Below are positions 16,907 through 25,107 of a DNA stretch of 32,000 nucleotides, in pieces. The notes beneath the pieces are model-generated. The model did not search any database and was not told the origin of the DNA. It saw nothing but the letters and a program-made list of their open reading frames with translations. Source of the DNA: Longivirga aurantiaca. GTDB lineage: Bacteria > Actinomycetota > Actinomycetes > S36-B12 > CAIYMF01. Within the stretch, counting starts at the first letter, position 1; each line of letters opens with the position of its first letter. A program made the position numbers and the translations under genes. Where the stretch lies: positions 1-32,000 of the forward strand of contig NZ_JBHSTI010000003.1 of the NCBI RefSeq assembly GCF_042660085.1, given 5' to 3'.

Positions 16907-18087
16907 GCGACGTCTTCAGCGGGCTCGTCGGGCAGGACAACGCCGTCGCGCTGCTGCGCGCCGCGGCCGCCGACGCCCCTGCAGCCCGCGCCGGGCAGCA
17001 CTCCACCGCGATGACGCACGCCTGGCTCATCACCGGCCCTCCCGGGTCGGGCCGCAGCACAGCCGCGCTCGCCTTCGCCGCGGCGCTCGTCTGCCCGCAG
17101 GGCGGCTGCGGCACCTGCCAGGAGTGCACGTCGGTGCGGCACTCCGCGCATGTCGACGTCGAGCACGTCGTGCCCGAGTCGGTCACCTACGCCGTCGACG
17201 AGACGCGCGAGCTCGTACGCCGGTCGAGCATCTCGCCGTCGCGCGCGCCCTGGCACGTGTTCGTGCTCGAGGACGCCGACCGCCTCAACCCCGAGAGCGC
17301 CAACACTCTGCTCAAGTCGATCGAGGAGCCCACGCCGGGCACTGTGTGGATCCTCTGCGCGCCGAGCACCGAGGACGTGCTCCCCACGATCCGCTCGCGC
17401 TGCCGCCACCTCATGCTCGCCACCCCCACCACCGCCGAGGTGGCCGATGCGCTGCAGCGGGTGCTCGGGGTCGATCCCGCGATGGCGTCGTTCGCCGCCC
17501 GCGCCGCGCAGGGCCACATCGGCCGCGCCCGCGCGCTCGCCACCGACGAGAGCGCGCGCCTGCGCCGGCAGGACGTCCTGCGCATCCCGAGCCAGCTGCG
17601 CGACCTCGGCTCGTGCCTCGCGCTCGCCGCCGACCTCGTGGCCACCGTCACCGAGGACGCCGCCTCGATCTGCGACCCGCTCGACTCCGACGAGATGTCG
17701 GCGCTGCGGGCGGCGTACGGCGAGGGCTCGGAAGGACGCGGCATCGGCACCGTCGAGCGCCGCGCGAAGGGCGCGCTGAAGGCGTTGGAGGACAGGCAGA
17801 AGCGGCGCCGGCGCCGGGTCGTGCGCGACCAGCTCGACCGCGCGATCGTCGACCTCATCGCGTTCTACCGCGACGTGCTCGTCGTGCAGCTCGGGGCGGC
17901 GTCGCCGCTCGTGAACGACGAGATGCGCCCGCAGATCGAGCGCCTCGCGGCCGAGTCGTCGCCCGAGGACACGCTGCACCGCGTCGACGCGCTCGAGCGC
18001 ACCCGCAACCTGCTCGAGGCCAACGTCGCGCCGCTGCTCGCCTTCGAGTCGCTCACCGTGAGCCTGCGCGACCCCTCGCTCGTCTGA
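16903..18087 (+). CDS. holB: DNA polymerase III delta' subunit
   Basis: ATGA overlap with tmk; GPPGSGRS, zinc motif CPQGGCGTCQEC, VLEDADRLNPESANTLLKSIEEP. Confidence 0.93.
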   Translation: MSDVFSGLVGQDNAVALLRAAAADAPAARAGQHSTAMTHAWLITGPPGSGRSTAALAFAAALVCPQGGCGTCQECTSVRHSAHVDVEHVVPESVTYAVDETRELVRRSSISPSRAPWHVFVLEDADRLNPESANTLLKSIEEPTPGTVWILCAPSTEDVLPTIRSRCRHLMLATPTTAEVADALQRVLGVDPAMASFAARAAQGHIGRARALATDESARLRRQDVLRIPSQLRDLGSCLALAADLVATVTEDAASICDPLDSDEMSALRAAYGEGSEGRGIGTVERRAKGALKALEDRQKRRRRRVVRDQLDRAIVDLIAFYRDVLVVQLGAASPLVNDEMRPQIERLAAESSPEDTLHRVDALERTRNLLEANVAPLLAFESLTVSLRDPSLV

Positions 18088-18106
18088 GACCGAGCCTGGT
18101 ACCTCG

Positions 18107-21100
18107 TCAGACGGTGCGGCGGAACTGCCCGCCGACGTCGAACAGCGCCTGCGTGATCTGCCCGAGCGAGCACACGCGCACGGCCGACAGCAGGGCCTCG
18201 AACAGGTTGCCGCCCGAGACCGCGGCGTCCTGCAGCGCGGCGAGCGCCTCGGGTGCCTCCGCCTGGTGCCGCTCCTGGAACGCGCGCAGCCGGTCGAGCT
18301 GCGACTGCTTCTCGTGCTCGGTCGCACGGGCGAGCTCGAGTCCGTGCGCGGTCTCGCAGTCGGAGGACGACGCGGGCGCGAGGAACGTGTTGACGCCGAT
18401 GATCGGCAGCGAGCCGTCGTGCTTGCGGTGCTCGTAGAGCATCGACTCGTCCTGGATCCTGCCGCGCTGGTAGCCGGTCTCCATCGCGCCGAGCACACCG
18501 CCGCGGTCGGAGATGCGCTCGAACTCGGCGAGCACGGCCTCCTCGACGAGGTCGGTGAGCTGCTCGACGACGTACGAGCCCTGGAGCGGGTTCTCGTTCA
18601 TCGACAGGCCCCACTCCTTGTCGATGATCATCTGGATGGCGAGCGCGCGGCGCACCGACGACTCGCTCGGCGTGGTGACCGCCTCGTCGTACGCGTTGGT
18701 GTGCAACGAGTTCGCGTTGTCGTAGAGGGCGCAGAGCGCCTGCAGCGTGGTGCGGATGTCGTTGAAGTCCATCTCCTGCGCGTGCAGCGAGCGGCCGCTG
18801 GTCTGCACGTGGTACTTCAGCTTCTGCGCGCGCTCGTCCGCGCCGTACTTCTCCTTCATCGCCACGGCCCAGATGCGGCGCGCGACGCGGCCGATCACGG
18901 TGTACTCGGCGTCCATGCCGTTGCTGAAGAAGAACGACAGGTTGGGCGCGAAGTCATTCACGTCCATGCCGCGCGCGAGGTACGACTCGACGTAGGTGAA
19001 CCCGTTCGACAGCGTGAACGCGAGCTGGCTGATGGGGTTCGCCCCGGCCTCGGCGATGTGGTAGCCGCTGATCGAGACCGAGTAGAAGTTGCGGACGTCG
19101 TGCTCGATGAACCACTGCTGGATGTCGGCCATCGCGCGCAGCGAGAACTCGGTCGAGAAGATGCAGGTGTTCTGGCCCTGGTCCTCCTTGAGGATGTCGG
19201 CCTGCACCGTGCCGCGGACGGTCGACACCGTGCGGGCGCGGATCGCGTCGAGCTCGCCGGCGTCGGGCTCACGGCCCTCGTCGGTGCGGAAGCGCTCGAC
19301 CTGCTGGTCGATCGCGGCGTTGAAGTACATCGCCAGGATCGTGGGCGCCGGGCCGTTGATGGTCATCGAGACCGACGTGGTCGGCGAGCAGAGGTCGAAC
19401 CCTGCGTACAGGTCCTTCATGTCGTCGAGCGTCGCGATCGAGACGCCGGACGTGCCCACCTTGCCGTAGACGTCGGGCTGCGGCGCGGGGTCGCGGCCGT
19501 AGAGCGTGACGGAGTCGAACGCCGTCGACAGGCGCGTGGCCGGCTGACCCTGCGAGAGCAGGTGGAAGCGCCGGTTGGTGCGTGCGGGGTCGCCCTCGCC
19601 GGCGAACATCCGCGCGGGCGCCTCGCCCTCGCGCTTGAACGGGAAGACGCCGGCGGTGAAGGGGTAGGAGCCGGGCAGGTTCTCCGCGCGAAGGAACCGG
19701 AGCAGCGAGCCGTGGTCGTCGTCCGGGGGGAGTGCCACGCGCGGCACGTGGCTGCCCGAGAGCGTCTCGCGCGTGAGCGGCGTCGTGATCTCCTTGCCGC
19801 GCACGACGTACACCTGGTGGTCGCCGGTGTACGACGCCCTCACGGCCGGCCAGCCGTCGAGCAGCTCTCGGACCGAGGCGGGCATCGACTCGTGGGCAGC
19901 GCCGAGCAGACGACTGACGGCAGCGGCTGCGGAGGACTCGCCCTCGGCGGCGAGCAGGTCGAGCGTGGCCGAGAGCTGCTGCGCCTGGCGGGCGAGGGCT
20001 GCGAGCCGCTGGGTCTCCGCGTGGTAGCCGCGGACGGTGCTGGCGATCTCGGCCAGGTAGTGCTCGCGGCCGCGGGGGAGCACACGGGCGATGTGGGTGG
20101 AGAAGCGCGTGGTCACCGGCGCGAGCGTGCCGTCGAACTCGCGCAGGCCCTTCGCGGTGAGCAGGCTCTTGAGCTCCTGGTAGAGCGCGGTCACGCCGTC
20201 GTCGTCGAAACGCGCTGCGCTCGTGCCGAAGACGGGCATGTCCTCCCACGGCGTGCCGAACGCCTCGCGGTTGCGCACCATCTGGCGCGCGACGTCGCGA
20301 CGCGCGTCCTCGGCGCCGCGGCGCTCGAACTTGTTGACCGCGACGACGTCGGCGAAGTCGAGCATGTCGATCTTCTCGAGCTGCGAGGCGGCGCCGTACT
20401 CCGGCGTCATGACGTAGAGGCTCACGTCGGCGTGCGACGAGATGGCGACGTCGCCCTGGCCGATTCCGGGCGTCTCGACGATCACGAGGTCGTAGCCGGC
20501 GGCGCGGCAGGCGGCGACGGCGTCGTCGAGCGACGGCGGGACGACGGTGTTGGCGTCGCGCGTGGCGAACGAGCGGAAGAAGACGACGTCGGGATCGATC
20601 GAGTTCATGCGGATGCGGTCGCCGAGCAGGGCGCCGCCGCCGCGGCGGCGCGTGGGGTCGACGGCGAGGACGGCGATACGGAGCTTGTCCTGGCTGTCGC
20701 GGCGCAGCCGGCGTACGAGCTCGTCGGTGAGCGACGACTTGCCCGAGCCGCCTGTGCCGGTGATGCCGAGCACGGGCGCGGGGTGAACCGCGGTGGCGGT
20801 GCGCAGCTCGGCCGCGAGCTCGGGCCGGCGTCCGGACTCGAGCACGGTGAGCGCGCGCGCGAGCGCAGTGACGTCGCCCGTGCGGAGCGCGGTGACGTCG
20901 ACCTCGCCGCCTGCGAGATCGACGTCGCAGGTGCGGATGAGCTCGTTGATCATTCCGGGCAGTCCGAGGCGCTGGCCGTCGGCGGGGGAGAAGATGCGCA
21001 CGCCGACGGCGGCGAGCGCGTCGATCTCCTCGGGCACGATCACGCCGCCACCACCGCCGAACACGCGCACGTGGCCGGCGCCGCGCTCGCGCAGCCGCTC

Positions 21101-21352
21101 GACGAGGTAGGTGAAGTACTCGACGTGCCCGCCCTGGTACGACGAGACCGCGATCCCCTGGACGTCCTCCTGCACCGCGGCGGTGACGACGTCCTCGACG
21201 CTGCGGTCGTGGCCGAGGTGCACGACCTCGGCGCCCTGGGCCTGCAGCAGCCGCCGCATGATGTTGATGGCGGCGTCGTGCCCGTCGAACAGGCTCGCGG
21301 CCGTGACGAAGCGGACGGGGTTCACGGGTGCGTGCAGGGCGGCCGGGTCCAC
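18107..21352 (-). CDS. icmF: Fused isobutyryl-CoA mutase / methylmalonyl-CoA mutase family protein (B12-binding + MeaB-like G domain + mutase)
   Basis: 1081 aa; ISSYQGGHVEYF B12 domain, GITGTGGSGKSSLTDEL P-loop, SISGYHIAEAGANPISQLAFTLSNG mutase core. Confidence 0.95.
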   Translation of the reverse strand: MDPAALHAPVNPVRFVTAASLFDGHDAAINIMRRLLQAQGAEVVHLGHDRSVEDVVTAAVQEDVQGIAVSSYQGGHVEYFTYLVERLRERGAGHVRVFGGGGGVIVPEEIDALAAVGVRIFSPADGQRLGLPGMINELIRTCDVDLAGGEVDVTALRTGDVTALARALTVLESGRRPELAAELRTATAVHPAPVLGITGTGGSGKSSLTDELVRRLRRDSQDKLRIAVLAVDPTRRRGGGALLGDRIRMNSIDPDVVFFRSFATRDANTVVPPSLDDAVAACRAAGYDLVIVETPGIGQGDVAISSHADVSLYVMTPEYGAASQLEKIDMLDFADVVAVNKFERRGAEDARRDVARQMVRNREAFGTPWEDMPVFGTSAARFDDDGVTALYQELKSLLTAKGLREFDGTLAPVTTRFSTHIARVLPRGREHYLAEIASTVRGYHAETQRLAALARQAQQLSATLDLLAAEGESSAAAAVSRLLGAAHESMPASVRELLDGWPAVRASYTGDHQVYVVRGKEITTPLTRETLSGSHVPRVALPPDDDHGSLLRFLRAENLPGSYPFTAGVFPFKREGEAPARMFAGEGDPARTNRRFHLLSQGQPATRLSTAFDSVTLYGRDPAPQPDVYGKVGTSGVSIATLDDMKDLYAGFDLCSPTTSVSMTINGPAPTILAMYFNAAIDQQVERFRTDEGREPDAGELDAIRARTVSTVRGTVQADILKEDQGQNTCIFSTEFSLRAMADIQQWFIEHDVRNFYSVSISGYHIAEAGANPISQLAFTLSNGFTYVESYLARGMDVNDFAPNLSFFFSNGMDAEYTVIGRVARRIWAVAMKEKYGADERAQKLKYHVQTSGRSLHAQEMDFNDIRTTLQALCALYDNANSLHTNAYDEAVTTPSESSVRRALAIQMIIDKEWGLSMNENPLQGSYVVEQLTDLVEEAVLAEFERISDRGGVLGAMETGYQRGRIQDESMLYEHRKHDGSLPIIGVNTFLAPASSSDCETAHGLELARATEHEKQSQLDRLRAFQERHQAEAPEALAALQDAAVSGGNLFEALLSAVRVCSLGQITQALFDVGGQFRRTV

Positions 21353-21390
21353 GGCTCCTCCTCGGGTCGGCCCGGGATCGCCGGGTGGGA

Positions 21391-21414
21391 AAATAGTAGG
21401 ACGTCCGACTATTT
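21391..21414. promoter_or_regulatory. 24-bp near-perfect palindrome between divergent icmF and marR; candidate operator
   Basis: AAATAGT-A-GGACGTCC-G-ACTATTT: only one mismatched pair, AT-rich arms in GC-rich context. Confidence 0.75.
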
Positions 21415-21446
21415 GAAGGCAATGGGCCAGCGGCTACGATCGGACG

Positions 21447-21944
21447 GTGACCGAGGAGCCGCGCGACCCCATCGCCGAGGCCCACCGCCAGTGGGTCGCG
21501 CACGGGTGGGAGGACGCCGCCGACGGCATGGCCGCGATCACCTCGCTCATGCGCGCGCACCAGATCGCGATGTCGCGGGTGGAGGCGGTGCTGCGGCCGC
21601 TCGGGATCTCGTTCGCGCGGTACGAGACGCTCATGCTCCTGCACCTGTCGCGGCGGCACGCGCTGCCGATGCGCGTGCTCGGGTCGCGGCTGCAGGTGCA
21701 CCAGACGAGCGTGACCAACGCCGTCGACCGGCTCGAGGCCGCAGGCCTCGTCGTACGCACGCCGCACCCGGACGACCGCCGCTCGACCCTGGTCGAGATC
21801 ACCCCCGAGGGCTCCGCGCTCGCGGAGAAGGCCACCGCAGCGCTGAACGAGCAGGTCTTCGCCGATCCCGGGCTCCCGGCGTCCCAGGTGACCAGCCTGG
21901 TCTCGGTGCTGCGCCGCTACCGCCAGGGCGCCGGCGACTTCTGA
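21447..21944 (+). CDS. MarR-family transcriptional regulator
   Basis: 165 aa; LRPLGISFARYETLMLLHLSRRHALPMRVLGSRLQVHQTSVTNAVDRLEAAGLVVRTPHPDDRRS winged-helix signature. Confidence 0.93.
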   Translation: MTEEPRDPIAEAHRQWVAHGWEDAADGMAAITSLMRAHQIAMSRVEAVLRPLGISFARYETLMLLHLSRRHALPMRVLGSRLQVHQTSVTNAVDRLEAAGLVVRTPHPDDRRSTLVEITPEGSALAEKATAALNEQVFADPGLPASQVTSLVSVLRRYRQGAGDF

Positions 21945-21961
21945 CCCCGCGTCGTCGTTCG

Positions 21962-22023
21962 CGAGTTACTGCCCGAATGGTCGTTGAAGGGCATCGCTCA
22001 GCGACCCTTTGGGCAGTAACTCG
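21962..22023. terminator. Long hairpin between convergent marR and hypothetical gene
   Basis: 13-bp perfect stem CGAGTTACTGCCC/GGGCAGTAACTCG plus inner GGTCGTTGA/TCAGCGACC (8 of 9 paired). Confidence 0.65.
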
Positions 22024-22038
22024 AGACGCCTGCCGGCG

Positions 22039-22899
22039 TCAGGACGATGCGGTGCGCAGGCCCTCGGCGTACGCCGTGAGCGCGTCGGCGGCCGGGCCGA
22101 GCACGTCGTCGCCGCTGCGGCCGAGGTCGGGCGAGGCCAGCATCGTGGAGGCGGCGGCGAGCAGCCGGTCGTAGACCGCGACGCCCTGCGCGAGCCGGCC
22201 GCGCACCTGCTCGGCGGCGTCCGTGGCGGCCGTCGCGGCGGTCGAGCCGGGCAGCTCGCGGCGCACCTGGTCGAGCACGGCGAGGCGGGCGACCTGCGCG
22301 GTGAATGCGGGCGCGGCCTCGTCGTCGGCAGCCTTGAGCTCCTTGCCGGCGTCCGGGTGGAGCGAGGCGACGGCCGGCACCATGCTGACGAGCTGCCGGC
22401 GTACGGCGGCCAGGCCCTGCGACTCGGTGAATCCGATGGCGTCGCGGCGCAGGTCGTCGGCGCGGGTGATGGCAGACATCGTGGGCGGCTCGGGCGGGGT
22501 GATCGTGCGCGAGCGGTGCCGGGCGCTGACGGCACGGACGGCGAACAGGGCCGACCCCAGCAGCCACCACCATGGTGCGCCGGGGATGACGCCGTTGTCG
22601 GTGGCGACGGTGGCGGCGTCGATGAGGCCGAGCGTGCCTGCCGAGGCGGCGATCGCGGTGCTGGTGACCGCGCGCGACCGGAGGTCGACGACGCGCTTCT
22701 GGTGCTTGGTGACGGCCTTGGCGTGGGCCTCCATCGCCTTCGCGTGCTCTCGGGTGGCCTTGGTGCCCGATCCCTGGGCGAGCGCGTACGCCTCCGCGAC
22801 GTCGAGCCCCTGCTCGACGAGCGCGGTCACCCGCTCGGCCAGCTTGGCGACGTCCTTGCCCACACCCCCACGGTAAGCCCGCACCCCCGCCCCGGTCAT
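22039..22899 (-). CDS. Hypothetical protein with predicted hydrophobic segment
   Basis: Likely start ATG 22899 (or GTG 22863); APWWWLLGSALFAV hydrophobic stretch; upstream part of the 434-aa ORF looks non-coding. Confidence 0.65.
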   Translation of the reverse strand: MTGAGVRAYRGGVGKDVAKLAERVTALVEQGLDVAEAYALAQGSGTKATREHAKAMEAHAKAVTKHQKRVVDLRSRAVTSTAIAASAGTLGLIDAATVATDNGVIPGAPWWWLLGSALFAVRAVSARHRSRTITPPEPPTMSAITRADDLRRDAIGFTESQGLAAVRRQLVSMVPAVASLHPDAGKELKAADDEAAPAFTAQVARLAVLDQVRRELPGSTAATAATDAAEQVRGRLAQGVAVYDRLLAAASTMLASPDLGRSGDDVLGPAADALTAYAEGLRTASS

Positions 22900-22926
22900 G
22901 CCCGATCCCCGACCCGGCAGTTTGCG

Positions 22927-22950
22927 ATGAAGGAGTCCTTCATCCAATAG
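22927..22950 (+). repeat. Copy C of the GATGAAGG-N3-CCTTCATC dispersed repeat
   Basis: TTTGCGATGAAGGAGTCCTTCATCCAATAGACCCGAACAATCC closely matches the 5943 unit. Confidence 0.8.
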
Positions 22951-23120
22951 ACCCGAACAATCCTTCCCACCATGAGACAAGGGAAGCGGGCCCGGTCGGG
23001 GCCGGTCGTGCCCACGGCGTGATCTGTGCGGGTGTACGCATCCGACCAGAAGGCCCAGATCCAGTGCACGTCCGCCGCGGCAATCCGGCTCACGACGATG
23101 ATGGGAACCTGAGTACTGCT

Positions 23121-23144
23121 CTATTGGATGAAGGTCGCCTTCAT
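23121..23144 (-). repeat. Copy D (inverted) of the same dispersed repeat
   Basis: Reverse complement ATGAAGGCGACCTTCATCCAATAG is identical to copy B over 24 nt; tail diverges. Confidence 0.8.
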
Positions 23145-23167
23145 GTGGAACCCCGTAGGCTCGGGGG

Positions 23168-24022
23168 ATGCCGGTGGAGAGCGCGGAGCTGCATCTGGAC
23201 GACCCGGTGCTGGGTTCGGTCGTGCTGGACGCGGTCATGGCGGGGGCGGACGACGGCATCCCCGTGCTCCTGCTGCACGGCTGGCCGCAGACCTCCCTGT
23301 CGTGGCGGCAGGTCATCCCGCCGCTGGCGAGCTCGGGCTGCAAGGTCGTGGCGGTCGACCAGCGCGGCTACTCGCCGCAGACCCGCCCCGTCGACGTCTC
23401 GGCGTACGCGCTGCCGCACCTCGTGCACGACGCCGTCGGCATGATCGAGGCGCTCGGCTGGGAGAGCGCGCACGTCGTGGGGCACGACTGGGGCGCGGTC
23501 GTCGCCTGGGCCCTCGCCGCCCAGCGCCCCGAGCTCGTCCGCACCCTCACCGCCGTCTCGGTGCCGCACCCGCAGGCGTTCAACGCCGCGCTGAAGTCCG
23601 ACCCCGTGCAGTGGAAGAAGTCGGCGTACATGGCGCTGTTCCGCACCGCGCCCGGCAAGGCCGCGCAGGTGCTGCTGCGCGACGGCGCGAAGGCGCTGCG
23701 CGAGGTGTACGGCGATGCCGTGCACAAGGTCGACGTCGAGCGGTACGTCGAGTTCTTCAGCGACGACGACGCGATGGAGGCGTCGCTGCGGTGGTACGCC
23801 GCGATGGGCGGCGACCAGTTCAAGGACATCGGACCGGTCGACGTGCCGACCACGTTCGTGTGGGGCAACGACGACGTCGCGATCGGCGCGCAGGCCGCGC
23901 GCGGGTGCGGCGAGTGGTGCCGCAACGACTTCGAGATGCGCGTGCTCACCGACCGCGGCCACTGGATCCCTGACGAGGACCCCGACGCGCTCGTCGACGC
24001 GATCCTCGCCCGGATCGGCTGA
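23168..24022 (+). CDS. Alpha/beta hydrolase (epoxide hydrolase-like)
   Basis: VLLLHGWPQTSLSWRQVIPPLA, nucleophile elbow VVGHDWGAVVAW, C-terminal DRGHWIPDEDPD. Confidence 0.9.
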   Translation: MPVESAELHLDDPVLGSVVLDAVMAGADDGIPVLLLHGWPQTSLSWRQVIPPLASSGCKVVAVDQRGYSPQTRPVDVSAYALPHLVHDAVGMIEALGWESAHVVGHDWGAVVAWALAAQRPELVRTLTAVSVPHPQAFNAALKSDPVQWKKSAYMALFRTAPGKAAQVLLRDGAKALREVYGDAVHKVDVERYVEFFSDDDAMEASLRWYAAMGGDQFKDIGPVDVPTTFVWGNDDVAIGAQAARGCGEWCRNDFEMRVLTDRGHWIPDEDPDALVDAILARIG

Positions 24023-24100
24023 GGTGCAGAGGATCCCGCGGATGACGAGCCACGTGGACGTGCAGCGACCGTCGTACGCCGACGGCAGGAGGTGCGCGTC

Positions 24101-24931
24101 GTGCCGATGATGATGGCGGTGACGTTCACCCGTGCCGGTCGCCTCTACTACCTCGACGCCGGGGACGTGACGGCGAAGGTCGGCGACAAGGTGCTCTACC
24201 CGACGTCGTCCTCGCCCGAGGTGGCCGAGGTGGTGTGGGGCCCGGAGTGGGTCAGCGACGATGTCGGCGGCCTGCCCGTCTGCGCTGGCAGAGCGGGGCA
24301 GGAGGACGAGCGCCGCGACGAGACCAACAAGAAGAAGCGCGCCGAGATCCAGGTGGCGGCGCAGAAGCTCATCCGCGCGTCGAAGCTGCCGATGAAGGTG
24401 AGCGGCGTCGACTGGTCGGACGTCGGCCACGAGTCGGGCCGCGCCACCGCCACGGTCTACTTCACCGCTCCCACCCGCGTCGACTTCCGCCAGCTCGTCC
24501 GCGACCTCGCGCAGACGATCGACGCGAAGGTGGTGCTCACGCAGCTGTCGGCGCGCGACGACGCGCGCGTGCAGGGCGGGATCGGCTCGTGCGGCCGCGA
24601 CACGTGCTGCTCGACGTTCCTCGTCGACTTCGAGCCGGTCACGGTGCGCATGGCGCGCGACCAGGACCTGCCCGCCAACCCGATGAAGATCTCGGGTGCC
24701 TGCGGCCGGCTCATGTGCTGCCTGAAGTACGAGCACCCGATCTACGACGAGTTCCGCGCGACCACGCCGGCCGTCGGCACCAAGGTCGAGACGCCCGAGG
24801 GCGACGGCAAGGTCGTGGCGCACGACGTGCCGCGCGACCAGGTCGTCGTACGCCTCGAGGCGGGCGGCAAGGCCACGGTCTGCGACCGCGCCTCGGTCTG
24901 CGCGAGCCGCGCGGCCTACGACTCCCGCTGA
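24101..24931 (+). CDS. PSP1/RicT-like domain protein
   Basis: Cys-rich GSCGRDTCCSTFL and SGACGRLMCCLKYEHPIY signatures; AGGAGG before GTG 24101; start uncertain. Confidence 0.9.
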   Translation: MPMMMAVTFTRAGRLYYLDAGDVTAKVGDKVLYPTSSSPEVAEVVWGPEWVSDDVGGLPVCAGRAGQEDERRDETNKKKRAEIQVAAQKLIRASKLPMKVSGVDWSDVGHESGRATATVYFTAPTRVDFRQLVRDLAQTIDAKVVLTQLSARDDARVQGGIGSCGRDTCCSTFLVDFEPVTVRMARDQDLPANPMKISGACGRLMCCLKYEHPIYDEFRATTPAVGTKVETPEGDGKVVAHDVPRDQVVVRLEAGGKATVCDRASVCASRAAYDSR

Positions 24932-25107
24932 CCACCGGCTGCTCGAGCTGCTCGCGTGCCATACGGCGTCACGCGCGGTGACGTCGGCCACCCGGGACGG
25001 CCCGCCCGTGCGGGTGACGGCGGAACTCGCGGCGTCGGCGGGGCGTCCCACCTTCGGAAGATGGCAGGGTGGTCCTGCCCCACCGTCTGCAGTCCGGAGC
25101 CCGCGCA

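Noticed and set aside
16991-17150. GPPGSGRS Walker A (Lys to Arg) in HolB as a novelty
   Set aside because: Delta' subunits are not active ATPases and P-loop variation of this kind is common in the family.
18266-22174. 1302-aa plus-strand ORF antisense to icmF, and other long antisense ORFs (e.g. 19269-21767 -, 8452-9960 -, 10601-12643 -, 24916-26598 -, 1270-2958 -)
   Set aside because: GC-rich genomes produce long shadow ORFs; these have Arg/Ala/Pro/His-rich compositions, no family signatures, and overlap genes with clear domain motifs.
22039-23343. Full 434-aa reading of the hypothetical minus-strand ORF
   Set aside because: The portion upstream of ~22899 crosses the dispersed repeats and overlaps the start of the opposite-strand hydrolase; the shorter product starting MTGAG or VGKDV is more plausible.
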